From Narcine bancroftii (taxonomy: Eukaryota): DNA of 64,000 bases. The notes below the pieces were generated by a model. The model saw only the letters and a list, made by a program, of their open reading frames with translations. It had not been told where the DNA came from and did no database searches. Of the stretch, positions 37,780 to 51,936 are shown one piece after another. The stretch lies in the NCBI RefSeq assembly GCF_036971445.1, contig NC_091480.1, forward strand, positions 30,814,001 through 30,878,000. The letters run 5' to 3'. Each line of letters starts with the position of its first letter. Positions within the stretch are counted from its first letter, which is position 1. The translations under genes and the position numbers were made by a program.

Positions 37780-38248
37780 GTCAGAATTATTAGAATTGGA
37801 AAGGAACCTATCATGGAAATGGATTTTATTCCAGTGAAAAGGAAATTAATATTTTCTCATTGTCTTCCATTTAAAGTAAATTTTATCAATATACATTATA
37901 TTCTGCCTGTTAAATGATTGTAACTTTCATGCATCTCTAAGTTTTAAGAAGTTGTGCTTAAAGGTATGGGCTCTGCACTTCGTGATTTTTGAGGAACTCA
38001 TCGAATATAATGGATTATTCCTCATATTAATGCTATTCCCATGTCTTATAGAATTTAATTTCAGTTTTTATTTTTAATAAATAGTACAAACATATTCAAC
38101 TATCCTTTTATTGTTGTAAACCTAACTGGGTATCATATGATGCTTGGAGGCTTGATAGAAACAAAATTATTTGTTTGGATCGTTGTTAACCTTCAGTATT
38201 TTGTCACTGATCTACTTATGAAACATCCCATTGTTAACTTTGACCCAG

Positions 38249-38559
38249 AACCGTTTTAGAGTTGGGTAGTGGAATTGGTCTCGCTGGAATTGCCATTTGC
38301 AAGACTTGCCACCTGAAACAATACACATTCAGTGACTGTCATCCTAACGTACTTAAGCAACTCAGGAAGAACATTATCAGAAACAATCTGCTCATAGATT
38401 CAGATACCTGGAACTCAAAAGAATGTGAAGGAGAAAACCAGAGTAACAATGGATCTGAGGAAATCCAGAGAGAAAAAGTTAACATTGTTCGATTGGACTG
38501 GGGAGAAGTTACACAAGAACAGATTTCAGAACTACAATCAGATATTATTATTGCAACAG
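38249..38559 (+). CDS. EEF2KMT: EEF2KMT exon 6
   Basis: SAM-binding motif I VLELGSGIG, then FSDCH, LDW and DIIIAT; 311 nt; phase-1 donor. Confidence 0.96.
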
Positions 38560-38952
38560 GTAGGATAATATATGCATGTTAGTTATTTTCTTGATTGTAC
38601 ACAAGTACTGCACATAGCATTCTGAATGAAACTAGGATCGACTGTAATCAATACTTTCACTTCCACTACAAAAATGAAGTAGTTTGTGCTATCTGAAACC
38701 TGTGAACTTGAGTTTGTTGTCAGTCATTTAACTTTTCTCACTAAATGAAATCTGTTGTTGTTGTTATTGATTTTACTATGTTCAAAGAAGACCTCATTTT
38801 CCGCAGGTTCTTGTAGTAGCCAAAATGTGGAAGTTAGGCCTCGTATTCTTCACATAGTTCCTTCAGACACCTCTAGTTAAAACCCAAAACCATAGCCACG
38901 TGGAAGGAGGATATTGTAATTATTGTGTCGAGCTGGCTCTAGGAAATAACTA

Positions 38953-41718
38953 CAGCAGGTCCTTGCTTAACGTCGTTGATATGTTCTTTGCAAGTGTGAC
39001 TTTAAGTGGAATGGCGTTTTTGTTAAAAAAACCACAATTTTATTATAGGCTCAATGTTAAAAGCAAAAGTTCCTACTGTTTATTCTGGTCACAAAAACAT
39101 CACCAAACTTCTAAGTAATGACCCAAAACACTTCTAATATTAAACATTGAAATAAATGTGTGCTACAGAGATATTTAGGAAAGATTAATAAAAAGAAATT
39201 CTTATCAATTTTGGTGAATCAGTCACTGTGGTCGTAGAGATGATGGCTGGTATGAGGAGGGGCTGAGAAGCAGCTTGGTTGTCGTCATCATCACAGAGGG
39301 TGAGGGTGGAAGTCTTGCAAGAACTTCCTGAGGGACCTGGTGATGCCTTGGGTTGGGATGGAGTGATAGATGATCTTGATTGTCATGGTGTTACTAGTGC
39401 TGGGGTTTTTTTAAAAACCTGTTTGTATAATTCTTCTGTTTGTATAATTCCTTGTGGCAGTTGTATCCATTCATTTCTCTGCTCATCTCTCTCTCTGAGG
39501 ATCTCTCAGTGAAAATGGCAGTAGCTTTCACAACTGGAAAGCTTCATCATCTTCCTCTTCTTTAGCACATTGCTGTTCCATCTCCATGAATCCTCATTAC
39601 ATAATTCTTCACCATGTGATTTGAGTAACTCCATTACATTATATTCATTTATTTTATTACATCTCTTAGTTAGAAATGTAAGTTTGTTTTGACATTCGTT
39701 TCCAAAAAACACTGTCTCATATTCGTTAAAAATTTGCTGTGGTGTGTATCCTCCTTCATCAATAATTTTCTTCAGTAAAGCTGGGTAAGCAGTTGTGGCT
39801 TCTTTGTATCTGTTATGCAATTTTGAGCGATTCTTAAAACTTTTAACATGAAGGTTTCAGTACTTTCAGTACTAGAACCCTGTTGTTTCTTTAGTTCTTC
39901 AAATAAACTTAAAGCTTTCATTTGTATGACCACTGATGCATGTCTTCCAACCAGATATTCAGAAGTCTTCTCATACAGTATTTTCCATCATGCTGCTTAT
40001 ACTCCGGGTTATAGGAGCGCTAGCTTTAATCTTTTTGACACTATTGCAAATTGTTTGTACAGTTTTTGGTTGCAAACCAAGAGCACTTCCAATATCCAGC
40101 TCACTATCCGTTGTCAAATCTCCGTAACACTTCTAATTTTGTTTCTAATGCAAAACCTTTTCCTCTGTTTAATGTGGCCACAGTCAGTAGAGGTGCACAG
40201 TGCCCGGCCAGCCCTCATTGCAACAATTATTAATCAAGAAATAAATGTTTGAAAAGCAAAAATTGTAAGAAGCCACCTACCAGCATTCGGTTCAAACCCA
40301 AACAATAACAAAGTGTATATTTAAATTTCGACATACAGCACATCACAGGCCATTTTGGCCTATGAGCCCATACCGCCCAGTTTACACCCAATTAACCTAG
40401 AGCCTCGGTACATTTCGAATGGTGGGAGGAAACCAGAGACCACGGGGGAAACCCAGACAGACATGGGGAGAACATACAAACTTACAACAGCACAGGATTC
40501 AAACCAGGTTCCGATCACTGGCACTGTAAAGGTGCTATGCTAACTGCTACGCCAACCATACTGCCCTTTTTTCTCATCACTATAACGCTGTTTACATCCG
40601 GTACCGCACGGATGGCAGTCTCTTCAATCTGAGGCGCCTGCAAGCTCACACCAAGACACAAGAGAAACTTGTCCGTGAACTACTCTTTGCAGATGATGCC
40701 GCTTTAGTTGCCCATTCAGAGCCAGCTCTTCAGCGCTTGACGTCCTGCTTTGCGGAAACTGCCAAAATGTTTGGCCTGGAAGTCAGCCTGAAGAAAACTG
40801 AGGTCCTCCATCAGCCAGCTCCCCACCATGTCTACCAGCCCCCCCACATCTCCATCGGGCACACAAAACTCAAAACGGTCAACCAGTTTACCTATCTCGG
40901 CTGCACCATTTCATCAGATGCAAGGATCGACAATGAGATAGACAACAGACTCGCCAAGGCAAATAGCGCCTTTGGAAGACTACACAAAAGAGTCTGGAAA
41001 AACAACCAACTGAAAAACCTCACAAAGATAAGCGTATACAGAGCCGTTGTCATACCCACACTCCTGTTCGGCTCCGAATCATGGGTCCTCTACCGGCACC
41101 ACCTACGGCTCCTAGAACGCTTCCACCAGCGTTGTCTCCGCTCCATCCTCAACATCCATTGGAGCGCTCACACCCCTAACGTCGAGGTACTCGAGATGGC
41201 AGAGGTCGACAGCATCGAGTCCACGCTGCTGAAGATCCAGCTGCGCTGGATGGGTCACGTCTCCAGAATGGAGGACCATCGCCTTCCCAAGATCGTATTA
41301 TATGGCGAGCTCTCCACTGGCCACCGTGACAGAGGTGCACCAAAGAAAAGGTACAAAGGACTGCCTAAAGAAATCTCTTGGTGCCTGCCACATTGACCAC
41401 CGCCAGTGGGCTGATAACGCCTCAAACCGTGCATCTTGGCGCCTCACAGTTTGGCGGGCAGCAGCCTCCTTTGAAGAAGACCGCAGAGCCCACCTCACTG
41501 ACAAAAGGCAAAGGAGGAAAAACCCAACACCCAACCCCAACCAACCAATTTTCCCTTGCAACCGCTGCAATCGTGTCTGCCTGTCCCGCATCGGACTGGT
41601 CAGCCACAAACGAGCCTGCAGCTGACGTGGACTTTTTTACCCCCTCCATAAATCTTCGTCCGCGAAGCCAAGCCAAAGAAAGAAGAATAACGAATTGACA
41701 TTATTCAAGGACTTGCTA
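38953..41718 (-). mobile_element. Tigger/pogo DNA transposon with transposase remnants, carrying a nested SINE and RTE
   Basis: TA-flanked TIRs CAGCAGGTCCTTG and CAAGGACTTGCTA; the minus strand encodes IIDEGGYTPQQIFNEYET (pogo QIFNxDET motif). Confidence 0.8.
40588..41686 (+). mobile_element. Young 5'-truncated RTE-clade LINE
   Basis: LLFADDAAL RT motif, 219-aa open stretch, one frameshift near 41357, C-terminal CNRC..H knuckle, (GAA)-type tail, TSD ATAACG. Confidence 0.93.
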
Positions 41719-43013
41719 TACTCTAATAGTATTTCACACTTCATTCCATGTCAGCTTAAAAACCAGGCTGAAAACAAAGTGTACACGGGGATAAATTGGC
41801 TTAAAATTGGGCATGATTCTCCAACTGAGTGGATATTTTACTAAGTATCATAATTGAAATTACACAATTCCATATTATTATTTGGTTATAGGTTGTAGAT
41901 GTGGTGAGCAAAGCGCTTTCTTTCCTAAACTCCTGAAGTTGCATGTATGGGTTGTGGCATGATGGGAAAGGAACGTCATGTTTCCATGTCAGGATTATGC
42001 ATGTCTTGAAGGGGAACTTGCAGCGGCTGGCACTTTAGGAAACCTGCCATCTAGTGACCCTGCTTCAAAATGATATGATGGCCTGATTTGTACAGATTGG
42101 AATGATACCTAGAATCTACATGCTAAAGTACACGTAGAGTCACAAAAACTGAAGCTGTAATTTTAATATTAGTTGAGCTACTTTAGGGAAATCAAGGTTG
42201 AATTGAGAGAATCTCCAGTTGCTTGCAGTTTGGAATCAGTGTTCACGGGTCTTTTAAAAGTAAAAGTGCCAGGACTTTTTGGAATGAAGTGGCAAATTGC
42301 AGTAAGCACTTGGGATACTTTTGCAAATGCCACTTACTGCATCAAATCTGTCAGGTGTGGGTCAGCCTTGCCTTAAATGGATATGTACACCATTTCTTTA
42401 GTCAAAGTTGCAGATACAAGACCCATTCCACAGTGCGGAACACAAACATGTAGACATTTTTCTGAGCTACTGGGAAGAAATGCTGTAATTTGGATAAATT
42501 GATGTACCTTTGCTTTCCTAAGGTGAATGCAGAAGACCCTATTATGGACATACAGGAGTTAGCCCTGATATTTGACTATTGTTTGTCACAATTATTTGTA
42601 GCAGCTGCAATTTTGCACAGTGACTGTACTTAAAGTCCCTTGTTGGCATTAGAGAACATGAAAAGAGCTATGTAAGTGCAAGTTTTTATTTTGTAAGGTT
42701 GGAGTTAGGTTGTAAAATGGTGGATCAGGCATCAGGAGTTAAGTGGACCAGTTTCAAAATTAAGTATGTTCTATTGTATGTAATTCTTCATGCTTTCAAC
42801 AGTCTTTTCCTTTCCAAGCATTCAATCTGACCATTGCTTTTAGGATGTGATTGTGTTATGTAGTGAGCTCATTTATGATGCTAATTGAAAAAGTAGTAAT
42901 CTAAATTTTTGTTCCTTAAGATGTGAGGCAATGAACTCACGAGGCTGTTTTTCATTCTAAATAAGAGTGCAAATGAAATCACACTTTACAGTCTATTTTA
43001 TTCTCTTAAACAG

Positions 43014-43172
43014 ATATAATTTATGATCCCGAGGTCATCCCCAACTTAGTTTCTGTATTGCAGAAACTTCTAGTTGCTACACCTGGTAGAAAGACGAAAG
43101 CAAGTTCTGTTGTGTATTTGGCATCCACTGTTCGCAATCCAGAGACTTATCACCAATTCAAAATGGAGCTTG
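43014..43172 (+). CDS. EEF2KMT: EEF2KMT exon 7
   Basis: DIIYDPE (DxxY motif) ... VYLASTVRNPETYHQFKMEL; G|GTAAGT donor. Confidence 0.95.
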
Positions 43173-43729
43173 GTAAGTGGCTGGTAACTACTAAAGAGCC
43201 AACTGTTCAGATTCTTCCGTAGCTGTTTCCATCTGATACCATTTCTCAGAGGTCGGATAGTTTAAAATGTATAGCAGAATTCAAGCTGCTGAAGATGCTA
43301 AATTCAAGCATGACTGACTTGGGTGAATAGGAAGCCTCAACAAACAAATATTACTAGTCATACTTTGTCAGCAGTGCTGCAGATCTTCCAAAAAATACCC
43401 AAACGCACATTTTGGTTGGAAAACCATTTCATTTTCATAACTATCGTTCGAATTTTTTGGCTCTCTTCTGATTAGAGACCTGATCTGTTGCAATTAGAGA
43501 ATGAACTATAACATTGATCATTTATTGTAATCAATCTTCATATGAAGAGCACTCAATATTGTTTGCTATCTCCTAATGAAAAGTAGCTGCAACCAAGTTT
43601 TCATTGATTTGACCATGGAACTTGCTAGCTACAATGTGGCCAATTTTCCTACACAGTTCAGCCTTTGCAATGCTGATCTCTTAGATTATTCCAGTGGATC
43701 AGTTGTTATCTCCTCATAACCATATAATC

Positions 43730-44715
43730 ATATAACATTTACAGCACAGATACAGGCCAGTTTGCCCTTCTAGTCAATGCTGAACACTTAGTCCCATTAA
43801 CTTACACCTGGCCCATAACCCTCCACACCTCTCTCATCCATATACCTATCCAACTTTTCCTTAAATATTAAAATCAAACTTGCATCTACCACTTCAGCCG
43901 AAAGCTAATTCCATACTCCCACCACCCTCTGAGTGAAGCAATTCCCCATCATGTTTCCCCAAAACTTTCCCCCTTCAATCTCAATCCATTCCCCTTGTTT
44001 TGAATTTTCCCCACTCTCAATGGAAAAAGCCTGTACACATTTACTCTATCTGTCTCCCTCATAATTTTAAATACCTCTATCAAATCACCCCTCAATCTTC
44101 TACAGTCCAGGGAATAAAGTCCCAGTCCTCTCAACCTTTCCCTGAAACCCAGGCAACATTCTTGTAATCTCCTCTGCCCTCTTCTGTTTATATGCTTCCT
44201 ATAATTTGGCAACCAAAATTGCACACAATATTCCAAATTTGGCCTCATCAATGCCTTATACAACTTCAACATGACATCCCAACCCCAATATTCAGTACTC
44301 TGATTTTTGAAGGCCAGTATACTAAATGATTTCTTTACCACATGTGACTCCACTTTCAGGGAATTATGTACCAGAATTCCTAAATCCCTTTGTTCTACTG
44401 CACTCCTCAATTGTCTACCATTTAACATACATGACCGTTGCTGATTAGTCCTACCAAACTGTAGCACCTCACACTTATCAGTATTAAACTCCAACTGCCA
44501 TCTTTCAGCCCATTCTTCTAACTGTCTTACATCCTACTGCAAACTTTGATAACCTTCTTTACTGTCGACACCCACACCAATCTTCATATCATCTGCATAC
44601 CTACTAATCCAATTTACCACCCCATCATCGCGATCATTAATATATATGACAAACAACAATGGACCCAGTACCGATCCCTGAGGAACTCCACTAGTTATCG
44701 GCCTCCAATATGACA
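43730..44715 (-). mobile_element. CR1 LINE 3' fragment
   Basis: [45 protein letters not shown]. Confidence 0.92.
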
Positions 44716-47406
44716 CGCCATTTGCTTATTTTGTAGCTGCTTTAGCCATTCACAAGCAGATGCTTGTTCTGTCTGATGCATACTGATCCCATTCACCATT
44801 TTAAGAGCATTCTGGAGTGCCATCTCAATTTTTTCAATGCAAACTAGTCTTCAATTTCTTTCCCCTCTCTAGAGCAGAACAAATGTAGTCTAACAGGTCC
44901 CTCAACATTTCCCTACTATTCAATAAGATAATGGATAATCAATGCTGGTCTGGTCTTGTGTACCAGTTCCGCCAAACCAGAGAACTTTCAAAATTTATCT
45001 AACTATGTCTTCCACCACCCTTGGAGACAGAAAATTCCAGAAGTTGAGTACCCTTTGAAAGTTTGTGTCTCCACCTCCCTTGCTCTCAAAAAATATCTTC
45101 ATCAGGAAGATTTAAAATCATTTGATTAAGAACTCTATTGCTCCCACCTTCCGTGATCCTACCCAAGTCACAAATTTGTGGCATTGTCAACTTCACAATG
45201 TTTCCTTCACGCCTTCGCCAAGTTTATTTTGTCCACTGGACCTGCCATCCTCTAGCCCTATTTCCAAAATAATGAATGTATTTTCCCTTCCATTGCCAAC
45301 TTAGTTTTGTTAATTGGGAACAATTCTCATCTCTTCAAATCTTCTATCATCATTTTGGTCCTTAAAATAAGTTTTGATCCCACTAATCTTGAAAACTAGT
45401 GGCCCATTTCCAACCTCCACTTCCTTTCTAGAGTCCTTGAAAGGTCTCTTAAAACTGCCATCTTTCCCTAGTGCAGAATTTGACATGCTGTCTTCAGCAA
45501 ACTTTTCAGTCATCCAATACACTTCACTTAGCTATTTATAGCAAAAAAACTTAGTGATGCTGTTGCAAAACAACAAATTTGTGACACATGACAAAAAATT
45601 CGGATTCTCATTACAATATTCTGTTAATCTGGAACCTTCAGTATTTAGGTAGAGTTGGAGAAGCAGATATTCCAGACTACTTGATATACTGCATTATATA
45701 TTGTAAATTAACTTTTTCTAAGATATTACACAATAAAATAACATTTTCAGTTAATGTAACTTTAAAGGGAATGTGAGAACAGGCCTTGCTAAATTTCAAG
45801 AGTGTAGGAAACAAAATTAAGTGAATTCAAGGAAGTGCATATGATCCTGTGCCACAATGAGAGGGGATCAGCACCGGTGCAAAGAAAGGAATTTGGGGAA
45901 CTAGTGTGTGAAATTGGTACTGGCATCTTGCGAATGAGATGCTGAATTATGAGGCTACCTGGATCAATAAATAGTAGGTTATTGGAGCTTTACTCCATCT
46001 CGCATTTCTGATGTTTCCTCTGGCATCTATCCTTTTTCTTGTATGTTGCCACCTAGCCACATTATTCAAAAATACCAACATTAGTTTTCATGTATTCACT
46101 GAGACATCTGCCTCTTTACACTTACACTGACTTTAAATTATTTGGTTACACACCAACATGCTCTTCTGGTGAGCAGAAACTTGTCACAACTTGAATGCTA
46201 GAAACATCAGAACTGACAAAGGATTAATTCTGCTTCTCTTGTCAAGCTACCTGATCTGTAGTATTTCTGATTTTTGTTTCACATCTAAACAATCTTCTAG
46301 ATTGGAATTAAAATACAAAATTTAGACCTCCAATTCATTATTCTAATCTTCAGTAAATTACTCTGGGAGCAGTGTTTGGAAAGTGGCTTAATTCTGAACA
46401 GTCAAAATGAAATGAGTGAAACAAAACATGCATTGTAGTCCATCAAGGGTCTTAAATTCAGCCGTGCCTCAGCCTTCACTATACTGTATAAGGAAAATAG
46501 GCTAAACATTTAAAGTGTAACAACCTTCCAAGAGGAATTTGTATGCCCTTATTTGCTTCCTCAGTCTTTACCATCTTTACCAACCACAATTATGAAACAA
46601 AATACAAATCAAGCAGCTTTATTGTTTGATATGAAATGAACAGAGCATAGGCAATACAAATTCCAATAAAAAAATTAAGCCAAATTAGTAGTTTGCTGCC
46701 TTCTATATATGCTGACTTGTTCTTGCCAGAACTGTAACAGTTACCTCTAATTAGGCTGGTTGCATACCTGCCTATGTTTTCCCCATCTACAAAAACCAAA
46801 AGAATGCATGTAGTTTCCCTTTCTGACTGCATAATCTTTCATTACCAATAATTAGTATTCTTGTGTTTTACAGGAAATGAACAAATATCACCAAACCAAA
46901 CTTTAGTGTCTTACTCAAGTCTTCAATCTTTTTTTTCCCAATTTCTGCTCTGACCTGGTGTTCTATCCAAATTTGTATCCTCCAAGTTCCTATTAGCTAC
47001 TCTACTTCAAAAATCGTTACATTATTTCTGACTACATTTTCTACTCTTTGAACATAATTTTGCCTTTCAAATCTGAGCCATTTTCTTTTGTCCTATGTTC
47101 GCATCTCCTACCTGTGTGAACTTGACATACACCCTTATAACAAAATGGCTCCCACTCTCCAATCATTTAAGTTCTCATCATGGTATTTAAATGTCATCAT
47201 TCTTCCCATCTCCAAGGTATCTGTCACAAACTCACTAATTATCCTGTCAATCCCCTTCAACTTACCAAATGGCCATGCCTTCTACAGCCACAAGTGCCAC
47301 AACCCAGAATTCTTCATGTTTTAATTTAACCACCTTTCCCCCACAACCCATTCCTTCTCGACTCCATTCATTTTAAGATAAATGATGCCTGTTCTTTTTC
47401 AAACAG

Positions 47407-47513
47407 ATAAAATTGGAATTGAACATCACAAAATGAGAGGACCTGCCACAGAAGTGTTTCCATATAACAGGTGCATAAAAATAGAGTTGCTTAAATTATA
47501 TTGTGGAACCTAA
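47407..47513 (+). CDS. EEF2KMT: EEF2KMT exon 8 (last)
   Basis: aacag| acceptor in phase 1; DKIGIEHH...VFPYNRCIKIELLKLYCGT*; AATAAA at 47567-47572. Confidence 0.88.
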
Positions 47514-47907
47514 TGTTCAAAATGCTGGAATGCAAATTCAATAATTTTACATTTGAAAACTCTTGTAATAAATATTGTTTTTCTACAAGAAAGGGGAGGA
47601 CAAATGTTTCATTTCAACAGAGTGGTGCAGCTTTTAAATAAAAATATTGGAAATACAACAATATAACTGTTGAAGTAGTGAGCATTCCATTTGAAAAGGA
47701 CACATAACTTTTAAAACATCAAAATATTCAGATTTTGTAAAATGTGATCATTTCAAATTTGTAATCTAGAAATTATTTAGCATTCATTGGCATACTCAGG
47801 AGTTCCAGAATCAACTTTACCCTTGATTTTCTCATCCATGGCATTCCATGATTCATCTATAGAGACAACCAGACCTGCTAAATTAGTCTCAGTAGTGGTC
47901 AAAGATT

Positions 47908-48042
47908 TCAGTCACTTGATGCCAACAAAGGAAGCACTATTTCATCCCAATTTTTGTCCCATTGAACCATCTTAGCCTCTTTCAGATTTCTTTTAAATAC
48001 ACCAAGCTTGTTTCTTTCATGATGGAAATCTGTAAAGAGAAG
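47908..48042 (-). CDS. ALG1: ALG1 beta-1,4-mannosyltransferase, last exon (13 by human numbering)
   Basis: ttttcag|LLFTDF...KLGVFKRNL...WDKNWDEIVLPLL..*, matching the ALG1 C-terminus. Confidence 0.92.
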   Translation of the reverse strand, partial: LLFTDFHHERNKLGVFKRNLKEAKMVQWDKNWDEIVLPLLASSD

Positions 48043-50057
48043 CTGAAAATGTACACAGCATGAGCTAAGGATAAAATAAATTGTTACAAAATAAATTTTA
48101 GCTCTATGCAATTATAAATCAGAAATAAAAGAAATTCCAAAATGTAGGGGGTGCAATCGGGCCTACTTGTATTTTTAATGAAAATGCATTTTCTTTTTGT
48201 TATCTATGACTTTCTAAAAGCAGAATATCCAAACTTGATGCAAAAAGGGCGAAGTACCAGTTAATGTTTATAATTTACGGACTCAAAACTATTATCCAAT
48301 GACTGGCTTCCTTGTTTGTGTACCATCCTTTTGTTATTTCTTTTCTGATAATCTTTTTGACCTCCTTATCCATCTAAACTCTCATTGCATCATAAAAGCA
48401 ATGCCCAGAATATCCAACCAGCTCATCTCTTTCCTCTCCTGCTGCAACACGTCTTCACTGACTTCACTTCTTAAGGACAGTTCCATCTGCACCTTCTTAC
48501 GAAATGAATCAATTTGTGCTTAAAAATAACAAGACCCAGACACCCCTGTTTGACACTTGTATAGTTTGAGAGTAACCACCTCCCTTTTGACATTCATTGG
48601 GATCATCAAAACCCTCTTGTCACTATCTTAAGAGTTACGAATGAGCATAAACTCATTGCTTCTCTTATTAAAGATAGATAGAGCTCATATTTCAACAAAG
48701 AATATGCCTGCCACACTTAACATACAAACGTGGATTACAAAGTACCCAATGAAATCCATACTTGGATATGTACATTTGCAAAAAAATTAAGCTTCACTTT
48801 TCCAGGACAAAGCCTGAATTTGCAGTAGTATAAAGCACTATTTTAAGCATTGACTATCTCCACCAGATCTAATATTACATGACCCAGAGAAAAGGAAAGA
48901 AGCACTAGATTACTTTGACTTGGAAATATCAGCATTCATTTCTTTGGGATCAAATTCTTTACTCCTGCCTAACAATATGGTAGATTATCATCACCACTTT
49001 ACCAGTGGATATCAGGGAACAGGAATAAATACTTACTTTAAATCCATCAATGTAAAATTATTGAATGTACCATTTCCATTCCTATTATTTCCTCTTCAGT
49101 GAATTCTCTGCCCTCTCTTTTCATCTTTCCCTCCTCCAAATCCACAGCCACACTTTGAATATGCTAACTTGTTTTATTCTGATGGTCTCTGCCACAGGCA
49201 GAGTGATTCCTCTTTGATATTGTCACACACTTACCCAATCTCCAGCTTTCCCATGCCACTTCAACATTACTTCCTATGACCTAAAAGGTTAAAAGAAATC
49301 TCTACCTGCTCCCCATCCAATGATAAGTCACAAAGAACTGCATGGTTGCCTGCTGAAATTAGCCTGTACCTGCTCATCTGATTAGTCTCTCCTATCGACT
49401 TTTGATACCCTTGTATCTAGAAAAATAACTTCACTTTCTATCCTTCCTGTAAGTGCTATTCCTTCTTTTTGACGACTTGTAAAAATCTTGACAACCCTGG
49501 AACAATCGTGTATTGTAATTAGTTGATGGAGGTAAAGGAACATTACATGTTAATTGGCAATAAGAAGTGATGAAACCGAATTCCAGAATTATTTTAGTTC
49601 ACAACAGACAAGATGAGAATAGGGAGTAACATAGATCAGTGGATATAATTAAAGACTTCAGAAGAATTTATATCCTCAGCATGAATCACAACTTTTACAT
49701 CAGTACACAGTTTTCTCATTGACATCTTTTACTTAATTACTCTGGTATCTAATCTTCAAGGGACAAGGACAACACTGGACAAATCTAGTCAGTAAAGAAT
49801 TACATGTGGGTTGTTGTAGATATACAAAAGTTAGTGAAAAAAAGCAAATTTGTGATAAACATTTGTATATTTACTTATCATGTAAGAATGGCATAAAATC
49901 TTGAATCTGAATAAAATATTAACTGGAAACTCTTGTACCTAATTATTTAATGATGTGTCAGTCAGTAGAGGTAGTAGAATAAGACTTGATTCCAGGTGCC
50001 AAAACAAATTTTTAAATTGAAAATCCACTATTTTTTCCATTGCAAATATCACATTAC

Positions 50058-50133
50058 CTTTAGTTGCTCAGCCAATTCATGAGAATTTTTAAATATTAGA
50101 CCATTTTCTTCATGTTTCACAAGTTCTGGTAGA
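50058..50133 (-). CDS. ALG1: ALG1 exon 12
   Basis: LPELVKHEENGLIFKNSHELAEQLK; 76 nt; AG/GT boundaries. Confidence 0.95.
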
Positions 50134-50649
50134 CTGTAATACAATGAAAGGAATGTTACAATTTAACTCAATTACCAGAGAAAGGAGATATAGGGAAAAG
50201 GGCTTTAAGGAGACTGAGACAAAAGTTGGAAGAAGATGGAAAGGCACAGAAAGTAGTAAGAATGCAGTAATAATGAACAAATATCTGTAACCAAATTTCA
50301 CAAAATTGTGAGACTAAGCAGCAGAAGTGGTAAATTAATTTATTTTTCTTGATTGATTTTGATTTTTAGTTCTCTCATTATGTTTTGAATGTGCAGAGGA
50401 CTAATTCCAAAATTTAATGAAAGGTAAAAATATCAAAATCCATTACAAAAAAATGTCCTATTTAAAAACAATCTTGAATGACTTTTCCAGAAGAGAAACT
50501 ACATTGATGGATGCTTGAGAGGGTCATCAAGTACTGAAGCAGTTTTGTACAAATATACTCATTCCAAAGATGCATTTTGATGCTAGGGGTAGTCCTACTG
50601 TTGGGACTGGGACCATAAAGTTCTTTGCTGACATTTCTTTTAAGTATTC

Positions 50650-50965
50650 TGTGACAGATTATATTGTGTTTGTATTGTATATAGATATGTTTTTGGGAGT
50701 TAAATTGGGGCAAGTTTTTTTTTAGTGTAGGTCACACACAAACACTTCAAAACATCTTATTAAAAATATTGGAGCTCTGCTCAAGCCAGCTCCTGGGGGC
50801 CTTTGCAAAAAATTTGGGGAGTGTCCAAGAGACCTCACTAATGGATTGCTGTTTTGAAAAGCAACAGATGAAAGAGATCGGAGGAGTAATTCGGAGCTGC
50901 AGGCTGTCTGGGACCCTCTAAGAGGGTCATGTGGTTTTTGCAAGCAGAGAGTTGAACAGTTTTTT

Positions 50966-50999
<34 letters not shown>

Positions 51000-51651
51000 A
51001 GTTCTGCAGTTTTACTGTCAGCAGTAGCAGCTGGGACTGGAACAGGACAAGCTAGAAAAAAAAACCCATTTGGAAGACAGGTTGTGAGTACTTAGTTCAG
51101 CCTGGTCAAACCCCTTGTGGTTCATGCAAGAGGAGAGGCTGGCTGACTAATGTTTCACTTGAAATAAGAGAAACTAAAAGGAACTCTGTGGTGACCTGAA
51201 AGAAAGAGGATATCATCTGGAAAACCCCTGATGGGGCAAGTTTATTCAGCAAGATGCTGACGTGACTGATTAAAAGGAATCAGTTTGTGTCCTGGAACAA
51301 CAAATCTCTCTGAAAACCGACAAGAACTTTCCTGAGCAGTGACCATTTACCTTTCAAGCACCAAAGCCTGGTGAACTTTATAAATGCTAAATTCTGTGCA
51401 CAGTATTAGAATTGCCTGCAACCAGTGAACTTGGAGGAATGAGAAGTGAGATTGGACTATGAATCAAAAAACTTTTCTGAACTTGCATACACATTACATG
51501 TATGTGCGCTTAGAATGAGAAGGGGGCGAAGTTAGGTTCACACTATTAACAACTAATCTGTTTTCATGTTTAAAGATAATTAAAAGCAATGTTTGTTGAA
51601 GTAACCATTTGTCTTGGTTACTGGGTTTTGGGGTCCTCTGGGCTTGTAACA
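50650..51651. mobile_element. About 1-kb solo LTR-like element in ALG1 intron 11, containing (AG)n at ~50968-50997
   Basis: TGTGACA...TGTAACA termini; its first ~70 bp recur at ~30341-30410; no convincing TSD. Confidence 0.65.
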
Positions 51652-51936
51652 TTTTATATTGTGCAGGCATGCAACAGGTATGGATGAACTGCCATTTTAC
51701 ATGCCATAAATCCACATTTCTTTTCAACAGTATGATCTGTTTTAGTATCCTGCCAGTAATAAATTAATGCTATCTCACAATACTCAAACATATTGACTCA
51801 TTTGATTAATTTCACTTTCAAAAAAGTAAATTGTCCAGGATTTATTAAAAATTAAATCGCACTGGAAACCCATCAATACACAAGTCAGGTTGAGGTGACA
51901 AAAGAATCAGAAGGTATTATTTTACCTTATACGTAC

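Noticed and set aside
47777-47911. About 45 open codons in another frame after the ALG1 stop
   Set aside because: Out of frame and preceded by a stop; in-frame readthrough meets another TGA after two codons, so it is compatible with chance.
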